Of a DNA stretch of 32,000 nt, positions 8,501 to 17,407 are shown one piece after another. A program made the translations under genes and the position numbers. Below the pieces are notes generated by a model that made no database searches, had not been told where the DNA came from, and saw only the letters and a program-made list of their open reading frames with translations. Source of the stretch: Longivirga aurantiaca. Its GTDB lineage: Bacteria; Actinomycetota; Actinomycetes; S36-B12; CAIYMF01. How positions within the stretch are numbered: the first letter of the stretch is position 1; each line of letters opens with the position of its first letter. The DNA lies in contig NZ_JBHSTI010000008.1 in assembly GCF_042660085.1 (NCBI RefSeq), positions 300,001 to 332,000 of the forward strand, written 5' to 3'.

Positions 8501-9306
8501 GCACCGCCACGGCGCCGCTCGCACACGGCCGTCTCCAGGGCAAGGTGGCGATCGTCACCGGTGGGTCGCGGCAGATCGGTCTCGCCATCGCGAGACGGTT
8601 CGCCGCCGAGGGGGCCAAGGTCGTGATCGCGGCGCGCGGCGAGGATGACGGACGCGAGGCCGAACTGTCCATCCGCGGTGCGGGAGGCGAGGCGACGGCG
8701 CTGGTCTGCGACGTCGCCGACGAGTCGAGCGTCGCTGCCACTGTCGACAGGGTGCTCGAGCTGTACGGGCACGTGGACATCATGGTGAACAACGCCGGAA
8801 CCGGTGTCGCCGAGGCGATCACGGACCTCTCGTGGGACGACTACCGGCGGGTGATCGACATCAACGTGGGTGGCGTCCTCCTCGGCACGAAGTACGCCGC
8901 GCGCGCTATGCAGCGCGGCGGTCGCGGGGGAAGCATCATCAACATCTCGTCGATCCAGGGGGTCTTGCCGTTGAGGCAGTCGGCGGTGTACGCCGGCAGC
9001 AAGGGTGCGGTGAACCTGATCACCCAGCAGACCGCAGCGGACCTCGGCGCGTTCGGCATCCGCGTGAACGCCATCGCGCCCGGCTACATCGACAGCCCGA
9101 TGATGCACGGCTACCACGACCTCGTCAGCGAGTCTCCCGGCGAGGCCATCGGCGCGGCGCGGCGCTCCATCGTCCTGGGGCGTCTGGCGACGACCGATGA
9201 CGTCGCCGGTCCGGCACTCTTCTTCGCCTCCGACGACTCCGTGTACGTCACGGGGACGCTCCTGCTCGTCGACGGAGGCTCGCAGTGCCACGGGGCGATT
9301 GCGTGA
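8497..9306 (+). CDS. Short-chain dehydrogenase/reductase (SDR)
   Basis: 269-aa ORF with TGGSRQIG (TGxxxxxG), NNAG, and the catalytic S...YAGSK (YxxxK). The GTG start overlaps the permease stop (GTGA at 8497-8500). Confidence 0.9.
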   Translation: MSTATAPLAHGRLQGKVAIVTGGSRQIGLAIARRFAAEGAKVVIAARGEDDGREAELSIRGAGGEATALVCDVADESSVAATVDRVLELYGHVDIMVNNAGTGVAEAITDLSWDDYRRVIDINVGGVLLGTKYAARAMQRGGRGGSIINISSIQGVLPLRQSAVYAGSKGAVNLITQQTAADLGAFGIRVNAIAPGYIDSPMMHGYHDLVSESPGEAIGAARRSIVLGRLATTDDVAGPALFFASDDSVYVTGTLLLVDGGSQCHGAIA

Positions 9307-11375
9307 GCGTGACCCAGTCCTCCCTGAACTCCGGTACGAGCGAGTTTCCACACCTGTTCACCCCGCTGCGCATTCGCGGACACGAGCTGCGCAACCGGAT
9401 CGTCTTCCAGCCGCACTTCAACTGCCTGGCGGATGTCCACGGGATGCCGACTCCAGACCTCACCGCCTATCTCGAAGAGCGAGCATGGGGCGGCTCGGGT
9501 CTCATCGTGGACGGCTCGATGGCGACGATGTACGAGGGCCAGATGTCCCGGAAGTACCTCGCGGCCTGGGACGAGCGGTCGGTGGAGGGGAACCGGCGCA
9601 CCACCGACGCGGTGCACGCGCACGGAGCCACGATCTTCGCCCAGCTCAATCATGGCGGCCACACGTCGCTGGAGCACCCCCCGCCGGTGCTGTGGGCGCC
9701 GACGCAGATGCCTGAGCCGTCCAGCGTGCACACGACGAAGGCCATGGATGCGACCGACATGCGCAGGGCGGTCGAAGGGTTCGCCACGTCCGCACGCAAT
9801 CTCGCGGCTGCCGGCTACGACGGTGTCGAGCTGAAGATCGCCCATGACGGGCTGCTCCGCAGCTTCGCCTCCCCGTTCTTCAACCGTCGCACGGACGCAT
9901 ACGGAGGTTCGTTCGAGAACCGGATGCGCTTCCCCCTCGAGTGCGTGGCCGCCGTTCGCGAGAACATGCCCGACGACATGGCGCTGGGCATCCGGATCTG
10001 TCTGCACGAGTACACGCCCTTCGGATACGAGCTCGACTACGGCCTCCGGATGGCCGAGCACCTCGAGGCGAGCGGACTGGTCGACTACTTCAACTGCGAC
10101 GCAGGGTCCTTCTCGAGCTTCTGGATGGAGATCCCGCCGGCCGCCGTGGCGCAGGGGTTCTTCCGGCCGCTGAACCAGGCCCTCAAGGCCCAGTCGGATC
10201 TTCCAGTCGTCGCCTTCGGGAGGATCAAGGACGCCGACCTCGCCGAGCACATGCTGGCTTCCGGCGAAGCGGACATGATCGGCATGGCGCGGCAGCTCAT
10301 CGCCGATCCGGAGACGCCGCGCAAGCTGCTGGAGGGCCGGGCAGGCGAGGTGCGGGCGTGCATCGGCTGCAACGACGGCTGCCTGCACGCGGTGGCGCAG
10401 GAGAAGCCGATCCGCTGCGTGCAGAACCCTGCTGCCGGCCAGGAGCTCCTCTACAGCGAGCGGTTGCTGGTGCACGCATCCCAGCCGCGTACCGTCGTCG
10501 TCGTCGGCGGCGGCCCCGCGGGGCTGAAGGTAGCCGAGATCGCAGCCCGGCGCGGGCACCGTGTGTCGCTGTTCGAGCGCGACACTCAGCTGGGCGGCCA
10601 GGTCCGCCTGGGCTCGCGCCAACCGCACCATCAGGAGTTCGCCGAGGTCGTGCACTACCTCGAAGCAGCCGTCCGGAGGCTCGGCGTCGAGGTGTGGACC
10701 GGCGTCGACGTCGACGCCCAGGGCGTCCTGGACCTCGGGCCGGACGTCGTCGTCGTCGCAACGGGCTCTCAGCCCAACCTGCCCGACTCCGACCGTCGGT
10801 CGCACGCCGACCCGGACGCAGGGGTGGTCGCGCGCGAGCGCGGTCTCACCGTCGGCCCCGAGATTCGAGGTCTCGAGCTGTCGTGCGTCTACTCGGCGGA
10901 TGAGGTCCTTGCCGGCGAGGCCCTTCCCGGGACGCACGTGCTCGTCGTGGACGGCCAGGGGCACTGGGAGGCTGCCGGCACCGTCGAGTTCCTGGCAGCG
11001 GCCGGGCACCAGGTCACCGTCATCACCACGCGGGCGTCGGTCGGCAGCGAGCTCGAGGGGACGAACCACGCGATGTTCATGCAGCGCGTGGGGAAGTCGC
11101 AGATCGTGATGCGGCCGTTCACGGGCCTGCGCGCGGTCGAGCCAGGTCGGGCGCTGCTGATCGACGCCGTGACAGGCGAGGAGTCGTGGCTCGCGGTCGA
11201 CGCCGTCGTCCCGGTGTCCTGGCGGCGCTCGCGCGATGACCTGTTCTACACGCTCCACGACCTGGTGCTGGAGTCCGGTGCAGCGGTCCAGGTCGAGCGG
11301 GTGGGTGACGCCGCCGCCGCACGCATGGTCCAGACGGTCCTTCTCGAGGCGCACCAGATGGGCACGGTCCTGTAG
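9303..11375 (+). CDS. FMN/4Fe-4S/FAD(NAD) flavoprotein of the 2,4-dienoyl-CoA reductase / trimethylamine-histamine dehydrogenase / N-methylproline demethylase family
   Basis: The N-terminal half is an OYE-like TIM barrel (LFTPLRIRGHELRNRIVFQPH, FAQLNHGGH, GYDGVELKIAHDGLLRSFASPFFNRRTDAYGGSFENRMRF). The cluster motif CIGCNDGCLHAVAQEKPIRC (CX2CX3CX11C) lies at 10359-10418. It is followed by the Rossmann motif VVVVGGGPAGLKVAEIAARRGHRVSLFE. I prefer the GTG 9303 start (GTGA overlap with the SDR stop) over ATG 9285. Confidence 0.85.
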   Translation: MSVTQSSLNSGTSEFPHLFTPLRIRGHELRNRIVFQPHFNCLADVHGMPTPDLTAYLEERAWGGSGLIVDGSMATMYEGQMSRKYLAAWDERSVEGNRRTTDAVHAHGATIFAQLNHGGHTSLEHPPPVLWAPTQMPEPSSVHTTKAMDATDMRRAVEGFATSARNLAAAGYDGVELKIAHDGLLRSFASPFFNRRTDAYGGSFENRMRFPLECVAAVRENMPDDMALGIRICLHEYTPFGYELDYGLRMAEHLEASGLVDYFNCDAGSFSSFWMEIPPAAVAQGFFRPLNQALKAQSDLPVVAFGRIKDADLAEHMLASGEADMIGMARQLIADPETPRKLLEGRAGEVRACIGCNDGCLHAVAQEKPIRCVQNPAAGQELLYSERLLVHASQPRTVVVVGGGPAGLKVAEIAARRGHRVSLFERDTQLGGQVRLGSRQPHHQEFAEVVHYLEAAVRRLGVEVWTGVDVDAQGVLDLGPDVVVVATGSQPNLPDSDRRSHADPDAGVVARERGLTVGPEIRGLELSCVYSADEVLAGEALPGTHVLVVDGQGHWEAAGTVEFLAAAGHQVTVITTRASVGSELEGTNHAMFMQRVGKSQIVMRPFTGLRAVEPGRALLIDAVTGEESWLAVDAVVPVSWRRSRDDLFYTLHDLVLESGAAVQVERVGDAAAARMVQTVLLEAHQMGTVL

Positions 11376-12128
11376 ATGGGGCTGACGATCGCGGTGTGCG
11401 TCAAGCCTGTGCCCGTGAGCACCACCCTCGATCCCCGAACTGGACGCCTCGACCGGACCGGCGCGCATCGCATGAACTCGGTCGACGAGAACGCGGTCGA
11501 GGCCGCCTTGAGCCTCCGCGACGCCGTGGCCGGCAGCGAAGTCGTCGTGGTCGCCGTGGCACCCGATCGGCTCGCCGAGTCACTGCGGCCCGCTCTGGCG
11601 ATGGGCGCGGATAGAGGTCTCTGCGTGTCAGGACCTGAGCTCGAGGGCGCCGACCTGCTGGGCGTCAGTTCGGCTCTCGCGAACGCACTCTCGGGGATGA
11701 GCCCCGATCTGGTGATCTTCGGATCGTGGAGCAGCGACGGGTACGGCGCCATGCTGTGGGCGGCGGTCGGCGAGCGACTCGGGTTACCGGTCGCGTCACG
11801 TGCCGTCCGGTTCGTCCTCGACAACGATCGCTTGACCGTCACACGTCAGATCGAGCAGGGGAGCCAGGTCCTGGAGGTCGAGCTGCCTGCGATCCTGGCT
11901 CTCTCCGGAGAGGTCAACACGCCCCGCTACCCGTCGTTCAAGGACGTCATCGCCGGGAAGAAGAAGCCGATCGACCAGGTCACGGCCACCCCATCGGTGA
12001 TCGCGGCGGGGACGACCGTGCTGTCCGTCGAGCCGGCGCCGCCGCGTGCCCGAGGTGTCGTCATCGAGGACGATGGGCAGGCGCACGAGCGTCTGGTCGA
12101 CTTCCTGGTTCAGCGAGGTCTCGTATGA
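11376..12128 (+). CDS. etfB: Electron transfer flavoprotein, beta subunit
   Basis: 250-aa ORF with the typical ETF-beta/FixA N-terminus (IAVCVKPVPV...LDRTGAHRMNSVDENAVEAAL) and the C-terminal NTPRYPSFKDVIAGKKKPI. The ATG directly abuts the flavoprotein stop (TAGATG). Confidence 0.85.
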   Translation: MGLTIAVCVKPVPVSTTLDPRTGRLDRTGAHRMNSVDENAVEAALSLRDAVAGSEVVVVAVAPDRLAESLRPALAMGADRGLCVSGPELEGADLLGVSSALANALSGMSPDLVIFGSWSSDGYGAMLWAAVGERLGLPVASRAVRFVLDNDRLTVTRQIEQGSQVLEVELPAILALSGEVNTPRYPSFKDVIAGKKKPIDQVTATPSVIAAGTTVLSVEPAPPRARGVVIEDDGQAHERLVDFLVQRGLV

Positions 12129-13093
12129 CCTCGCGCGCGCTTGTCCTCGCGGAGCTACGGCGGGGCGCGGTGACGGCGGGGAGCCTCGGTGCGATCGCTG
12201 CAGCCGCCCGCTGTGCGGACGAGGTGGACGTGCTGGTGGTGTCCGGGACGGACGAGGTCGTGGACGACGCGCTCTGCGGGGCCCTCGGTGGCCAGGGCGC
12301 GACGTCGGTGCACAGCGCACTCCTCGATCCGGCTCTGGCCTCGGTGTGCACGGACGTCCTGGACCAGCTCGTGTCTGAGCTGCGACCCGGCATCGTCATC
12401 CTCGAGAGCTCGTCGCTGGCGTCGGACGCCGCGGCGGCGCTGGCTGCTCGTCGCTCCGCCGGCGTGAACTGGGACCTCGTCGGCCTCGAGCGGGACGAGA
12501 CAGGCTCATGGATCGGAACCCGGTTCGCGCTCCAGGACAGCCTGGTGGTGCGGGTCGGTTGGACGACCGAGCTGGCGATCGCCGTCCTGAGGCCAGGGGT
12601 CTTCGAGGCGCGGGATGCGACGGAGGACATGCCTCGCCGGGGAGCTCTGCTTCGGGATGTGCGAAGCAGCACGGCCGGCCGGGTCATCTCCACCGACGGC
12701 GGCGAGTTCGAGTCGTCCGGCCTGGACTCGGCCGACATCGTGGTCTCTGGCGGCCGCGGCGTGGCGACGCGCGAGCAGTTCGCTCTGCTGGAGGAGCTGG
12801 CGGCCCTCCTGGGTGGAGCGCTCGGGGTCAGCATGCCCGTGGTGGACAAGGGCTGGTACCCGCACTCGTACCAGGTCGGTCAGACCGGGCGGACCGTGCG
12901 GCCCCGCGTGTACATCGCCTGCGGGATCTCCGGTGCGATCCAGCACCGGGTCGGCATGGCCAGGTCGGGCACGATCGTGGTCATCAACAGCGACCCCCAG
13001 GCACCTCTGTTCGGTGTCTGCGATTTCGGCATCGTCGGCGATCTCACGCAGGTGGTTCCTCGTCTGACTGCCGCTCTTCGGGACCGAGGCTAG
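12125..13093 (+). CDS. etfA: Electron transfer flavoprotein, alpha subunit
   Basis: ATG 12125 overlaps the etfB stop (ATGA). The C-terminal FAD-binding block is VVSGGRGV...LGGALGVSMPVVDKGWYPHSYQVGQTGRTVRPRVYIACGISGAIQH..G. The upstream part of the ORF-track frame (11726-12124) is an antisense-style artefact. Confidence 0.85.
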   Translation: MTSRALVLAELRRGAVTAGSLGAIAAAARCADEVDVLVVSGTDEVVDDALCGALGGQGATSVHSALLDPALASVCTDVLDQLVSELRPGIVILESSSLASDAAAALAARRSAGVNWDLVGLERDETGSWIGTRFALQDSLVVRVGWTTELAIAVLRPGVFEARDATEDMPRRGALLRDVRSSTAGRVISTDGGEFESSGLDSADIVVSGGRGVATREQFALLEELAALLGGALGVSMPVVDKGWYPHSYQVGQTGRTVRPRVYIACGISGAIQHRVGMARSGTIVVINSDPQAPLFGVCDFGIVGDLTQVVPRLTAALRDRG

Positions 13094-13105
13094 CTGGCGA
13101 CCGGC

Positions 13106-13141
13106 GAGAGGCCCGTGCCGTCGATCCGGCACGGGCCTCTC
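13106..13141. terminator. Bidirectional intrinsic-terminator-type hairpin between convergent operons
   Basis: Perfect 15-bp stem GAGAGGCCCGTGCCG (13106-13120) / CGGCACGGGCCTCTC (13127-13141) with a 6-nt loop TCGATC. It lies between the etfA stop (13093) and the Gfo/Idh/MocA stop (13173). There is no U-tract, as is common in high-GC actinobacteria. Confidence 0.7.
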
Positions 13142-13172
13142 GTGGTTCGCCAGGGCCGTCGGTCTGCTCGCC

Positions 13173-14261
13173 CTAGGGGACGTCGACCCACCGACCATGC
13201 TCGGCCGAGTCCAGGACGGCCTGCGTGATCCGCGCCGCGCGAAGGCCGTCGCCGAAGGCGGGCAGCCCATCGACAGCCTCCCCGCGCACGGCGGCGTACA
13301 CGTCGCCGACGAAAGCGTTGAAGCAGTCCTGGTAGCCCTGCGGGTGCCCCGGCGGCAGCGGAGCCAGCAAGGGGGAGGCCGACGGCATCGGGGTGACGCC
13401 GCGAGGCACGACCGTCGCCTGGGAGCGCGCGCCCACCCAGAGGGTCTCCGGCTGCTCCTGATCGAAGGCGATCGACTGGTCAGCGCCGTCCATCGAGAAC
13501 CACAGCCGGTTCTTGCGGCCGGGAGAGACCTGACTGACGACCAGCGAGCCGATGGCGCCCTGGTCCGTCTCGAAGACCACCGTGGCCAGATCCTCTGTCG
13601 TCACCCGGGTCGTCGCGTCCCGGGACTGGATGGCGGTCTTGGTCTGCGCCACCAGCCGGGAGATTCGGTGACCGCTGACGAACTCGACGACATCGCACCA
13701 GTGCACGCCGATGTCGCCGAATGCCCGCGAGGAACCGCCCACAGCGGCATCGACGCGCCAGTTGATGTCGGCGGAGCTCGAGAGCCAGTCCTGCAGGTAC
13801 GACCCGTGCAGCACCCAGAGCGGACCGACGTCCCCGCGCTGCACGCGCATCCGCGCTTCGCGCACGGTCTGGTAGTAGCGGTAGACGAACGGGACGCCGT
13901 TCACCACTCCGTGCCTCGCCGCGAGGTCGACGACCTCCTCGGCGTCGGCCACCGTCGTCGCGAGAGGCTTCTCGCAGATGACGGCCTTGCCCGCCGCCGT
14001 CGCCTTGCGCGCAAGGGCCGCGTGCAGGTTGTTGGGAGTGCAGATGTGGACGACGTCGACATCGTCAGACTCGATGAGAGCCTCGGCCGATGCGGCGGCG
14101 GCGCGGGCTCCCATCCGTGCCGCCGCCGCCATCGCCGCCTCAGGGGTAGCGTCAGCGACGGCTGCAACGATGCCGCCCGAGGCGCGGACCGCCTGAGCGT
14201 GCACATTGCCGATGAAGCCGGCGCCGATGATCCCTGAGCGAACTGCGTCACCCATCGACAT
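13173..14261 (-). CDS. Gfo/Idh/MocA-family NAD(P)-dependent oxidoreductase (1)
   Basis: 362-aa ORF with the N-terminal Rossmann motif SGIIGAGFIGNVH and the family EKPL motif (VICEKPLATT). It overlaps the upstream stop by 14 nt. Confidence 0.85.
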   Translation of the reverse strand: MSMGDAVRSGIIGAGFIGNVHAQAVRASGGIVAAVADATPEAAMAAAARMGARAAAASAEALIESDDVDVVHICTPNNLHAALARKATAAGKAVICEKPLATTVADAEEVVDLAARHGVVNGVPFVYRYYQTVREARMRVQRGDVGPLWVLHGSYLQDWLSSSADINWRVDAAVGGSSRAFGDIGVHWCDVVEFVSGHRISRLVAQTKTAIQSRDATTRVTTEDLATVVFETDQGAIGSLVVSQVSPGRKNRLWFSMDGADQSIAFDQEQPETLWVGARSQATVVPRGVTPMPSASPLLAPLPPGHPQGYQDCFNAFVGDVYAAVRGEAVDGLPAFGDGLRAARITQAVLDSAEHGRWVDVP

Positions 14262-15408
14262 CGACCCACTGCTGGGTTCGCGACGACTCCAGGATCGCGT
14301 CCGCGACGAGCGAGATCCGGTAGCCGTCCTCGAAGTTGGGCCGCACGGGAGTGCCGTTCACGATGGCGCTCACGAAATCGTACGCCTCGATGATCTTCGT
14401 CTCGCCGTACCCGATACCCAGCGCCGGGATCGGCCAGAGGCCCTCGCCGTACGGGTGAGCAGGTCCGGTGTAGACGGTTCGGAACCCGCGCCTGTCGCTG
14501 GGATCGTCGGCGAAGCACACCTGGAGCTCGTCGCGGCGCTCGTAGTTGAAGAAGAGCGAGCCCAGGGTGCCGTGGATCTCGAACGTGATGAAGTTGTTGC
14601 GGCCGTAGCCGTTGCGGGTGGCCTCGAGCGAGCCGACGGCGCCGTTGGCGAATCGCAGCATCGTGACCATCTCGTCGTCGACATCGACCGGACCGAGCTC
14701 GCCACCGGTGCGCGACGTGCCGAGGGCGTCGCGGCCGCCGGACTGCTTCGGGCGCTCCGGGACGATGGTTCGAGCGATCCCGATCACCGACGTGATGTCG
14801 CCGGCGAGGTATCGCGCGAGGTCGATGATGTGCGTACCGATGTCGCCCACCGCCCCCGAGCCGGCGATCGCGCTCTGGAAGCGCCACGACAGCGGCGACG
14901 CGGGGTCCGCGCTCCAGTCCTGGAGGTACGTGCCGCGGAAGTTGAGGATCTCGCCGATGGCCCCCTCGTCGATGTACTTCTTGGCCAGCGCCACAGCCGG
15001 TGTCCGGCGGTAGTTGAAGGCAACCATGTTGACCACGCCCGCGGCAGAGACGGCGTCCAGCATCGTCTTCGCCTCAGCCGCGTTCCGTGCCAGCGGCTTC
15101 TCGCAGATGATGTGCTTGCCAGCCTCGGCAGCAGCGATGGCCATCTCGGGGTGCAGGTGGTTGGGCGTCGCGATGTCGACGATGTCGATGGAGGGGTCCT
15201 CGATCACGCGGCGCCAGTCGCCCGTGCTCGATTCGAAGCCGAACCGTGCGGCGCCCTCTGCGGCGAGCTCCTCAGTGGCCTCAGCGATCACCGCCCGCAC
15301 CGGGATGGCCGGTGCCGGCCAGAAGAACATGGGCATGGCCGCGTAGGCCAGTGAGTGGGCCTTGCCCATGAAGCCGGCCCCGATGAGGCCTACGCGCAGT
15401 TCTCGCAT
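14248..15408 (-). CDS. Gfo/Idh/MocA-family NAD(P)-dependent oxidoreductase (2)
   Basis: I start at ATG 15408 (MRELRVGLIGAGFMGKAHS), which has GGAGA 7 nt upstream. The ORF track's 12 extra N-terminal codons lack an RBS. The family motif IICEKPLARN is present. Confidence 0.85.
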   Translation of the reverse strand: MRELRVGLIGAGFMGKAHSLAYAAMPMFFWPAPAIPVRAVIAEATEELAAEGAARFGFESSTGDWRRVIEDPSIDIVDIATPNHLHPEMAIAAAEAGKHIICEKPLARNAAEAKTMLDAVSAAGVVNMVAFNYRRTPAVALAKKYIDEGAIGEILNFRGTYLQDWSADPASPLSWRFQSAIAGSGAVGDIGTHIIDLARYLAGDITSVIGIARTIVPERPKQSGGRDALGTSRTGGELGPVDVDDEMVTMLRFANGAVGSLEATRNGYGRNNFITFEIHGTLGSLFFNYERRDELQVCFADDPSDRRGFRTVYTGPAHPYGEGLWPIPALGIGYGETKIIEAYDFVSAIVNGTPVRPNFEDGYRISLVADAILESSRTQQWVDVDG

Positions 15409-15494
15409 GCTGTATCTCCGTCCATGAGGGGTAGCTCCGCCCACGGGCCCGCGCGTAGGCGGCCCCGGTGGCGGTGGTCTGGGGTCTTCTTCGG

Positions 15495-16334
15495 TCAGCC
15501 GAGGGTGATGCCGAGTTCGGTGATGATCTGGTCGAGGTGAGCCTTGGATGCCTTGGCCGCCTCGAGGTTGGATCCGGCATACTCATCCAGCTCGACCATG
15601 AGCCAGCTGTCGTAGCCCGTCTCGGTCACGGCTCGCACGATGTCGGTGAAGTCGAGGGTCCCTGCACCGAGCGGGGTCCAGGTGAAGGGATCGGGCTTCC
15701 AGTCCTTCAGGTGGACGTGCTTGATGCGATCGGAGTGCGAGCGGATCATCGCGGCGGGGTCTCCGCCGGCTGCTGCGAGGTGCCCGGTGTCCGGGCACAG
15801 GCCGATCTCGCTCAGGTCCATGATCCGTGCGAGCTCGACCGGGTTCTCGACGATGGTCGTCAGGTGGGGGTGGTACGTCGCGACGAGTCCCCGGTCGGCA
15901 GCCATGCGGTCGACGAGGTCCAGGCCGTTGCCCAGCGCGATGTAGTCCTCGTCGGTGGTGCCGGCGGCACGACGGGCACCTCCACCGACCACGAGCCGCT
16001 CGGCTCCGAACCTGACGGCGAGCTCGATGGCGCGCGAGATCTTGTCCATCTCGTCGGGAAGGATGTCGGCGTAGATGAAGTTCGCGCCGGTGTAGACACT
16101 GACCAGCTCCAGGCCGTTCGCCTCGAGCAGGCCGAGCAGGTCGTCCGGTCGGTCTGCGTACTTGGCCACGTCGCCGTCGAACATCTCGGTGCCGGTGTAG
16201 CCGGCCTCGGCGATGTCACGGGCGGCGTCGGCGATATCGCCCACCCCGCAGTAGAAGAGGTCCTTGATGCTCGTCACGCCGACCGGATGGCCGAGGACGC
16301 CGCCCCAGGTGATCGAGTGGTAGCCGAGCTTCAC
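15495..16334 (-). CDS. Xylose-isomerase-like TIM-barrel enzyme (IolE inosose-dehydratase-like / sugar lyase-hydratase type)
   Basis: 279-aa ORF. By-eye similarity to B. subtilis IolE: YHPHLTTIVENPVE vs YHHHMGTGIQTKEE; CPDTGHLAAAGGDPAAMIRSHSDRIKHVHLKD vs [37 protein letters not shown] vs GDGDLDF; LMVELDEY vs IVVEAEQD. Confidence 0.8.
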   Translation of the reverse strand: MKLGYHSITWGGVLGHPVGVTSIKDLFYCGVGDIADAARDIAEAGYTGTEMFDGDVAKYADRPDDLLGLLEANGLELVSVYTGANFIYADILPDEMDKISRAIELAVRFGAERLVVGGGARRAAGTTDEDYIALGNGLDLVDRMAADRGLVATYHPHLTTIVENPVELARIMDLSEIGLCPDTGHLAAAGGDPAAMIRSHSDRIKHVHLKDWKPDPFTWTPLGAGTLDFTDIVRAVTETGYDSWLMVELDEYAGSNLEAAKASKAHLDQIITELGITLG

Positions 16335-16378
16335 GAGGTCTCCTTGTGCTGCAGTGGATGTGTGGGGGCCGTCGGATG

Positions 16379-17299
16379 TCAGCCGACGATGAGTGGTGCG
16401 AGCGTGCGATGAGCGATCTCGAGGCCTGTCTTGACCTTGTCCTCGGTGCCGCCCCAGATCGGGTCCTCATGCTCGACCGACAGCACGCCCTCGAACCCGC
16501 CTTCGTAAAGGGCATCGACGACCGCGGTCCAGTCGACCTGGCCGAGGCCGGGGACGCGATACCGCCACCAGCCGACGTCCCAGGGATCCGGTCGGTCGAT
16601 GGCCTTGCCGGGCCATCCGTACCGGTTGCGCAGTTCCGGGAAGACCTGGATGTCCTTGGCCTGCGCATGCGGGATCCGGTCGATGTAGGGGGTGAGCGCA
16701 GCCACCGGATCGATACCCATCCACACCAGATGCGACGGGTCGTAGTTCAGGTACAGGCCGATCGAGAACATCCACTCCCACAGCTCAGGGGAGTAGGCGA
16801 GGTTGCCGGGGTAGCCGTCGGGGTGCCAGCCCTCCATGACGCAGTTCTCGATCACGAGCTTGACGCCCTTCTCGCCTGCTGAGTCGACGAGGGGCTTGAA
16901 GACCTCCTCCGCCTCCGCGAGGTTCGCCGCGACCGACCGGGAGGGGTCGCGGCCCACGAAGGTCCCGACCGTGGGACAGCCGAGGAGGGCGGCGGCGTCG
17001 ATGCATGCGAGCACGTGCTCGTTGATCGCGGAGCGCTCGGCGGGGTCCGGGTGCAGGTTGTTGTCGTAGAACGCCAGCGAGGACAACGTGAGTCCGGAGG
17101 TGTCGAAGCGCTCCCTGATGTCCTCGGCCGCGGAGCGATCGAGCGTCTCGACGGCGATGTGCGTCGCGGTGAAGGGGCGATTCCCGACGGCAGGCCAGGC
17201 GGCGACCTCGAGGGCCTGGTAGCCCGCAGCGGCCCCCCACTCGATGATGGCATCGAGGGGCTGGTCGGGCAGGCAGGCGGTGAGGAAGCCCAACTTCAT
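16379..17299 (-). CDS. Sugar phosphate isomerase/epimerase-family TIM-barrel protein
   Basis: 306-aa ORF with ATG 17299 and AAGGAGA 8 nt upstream. It shows the AP_endonuc_2-type pattern (MKLGFLTACLP...GYQALEV..., NYDPSHLVWMGID, HAQAKD, LSVEHED). Confidence 0.8.
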   Translation of the reverse strand: MKLGFLTACLPDQPLDAIIEWGAAAGYQALEVAAWPAVGNRPFTATHIAVETLDRSAAEDIRERFDTSGLTLSSLAFYDNNLHPDPAERSAINEHVLACIDAAALLGCPTVGTFVGRDPSRSVAANLAEAEEVFKPLVDSAGEKGVKLVIENCVMEGWHPDGYPGNLAYSPELWEWMFSIGLYLNYDPSHLVWMGIDPVAALTPYIDRIPHAQAKDIQVFPELRNRYGWPGKAIDRPDPWDVGWWRYRVPGLGQVDWTAVVDALYEGGFEGVLSVEHEDPIWGGTEDKVKTGLEIAHRTLAPLIVG

Positions 17300-17315
17300 G
17301 ACCCTGTCTCCTTCG

Positions 17316-17407
17316 CTCGGCAGGCGGGAGCCACTGTAATGTCACTCACCGACAAAAAAAAGTCCCTGAACGGAGAAAGTCCGATGGTTTCCGTCTAATA
17401 TGGCGCC
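17316..17407. promoter_or_regulatory. Divergent control region: candidate ROK operator, A8 tract and -10 box for a leaderless ROK mRNA
   Basis: TAATAT (17396-17401) ends 6 nt before the GTG start codon at 17408, which leaves no room for an SD. Directly upstream is the imperfect palindrome ACGGAGAAAGTCCGATGGTTTCCGT (17370-17394, 8 of 12 pairs). AAAGTCC is a direct repeat at 17359 and 17377. A run of 8 A (17354-17361) is unusual in this GC background. Confidence 0.4.

Noticed and set aside
9111-11468. 785-aa minus-strand ORF antisense to the flavoprotein gene
   Set aside because: It has a low-complexity R/D/H/G composition and no recognisable domain. The plus-strand frame carries unambiguous OYE, Fe-S and Rossmann motifs.
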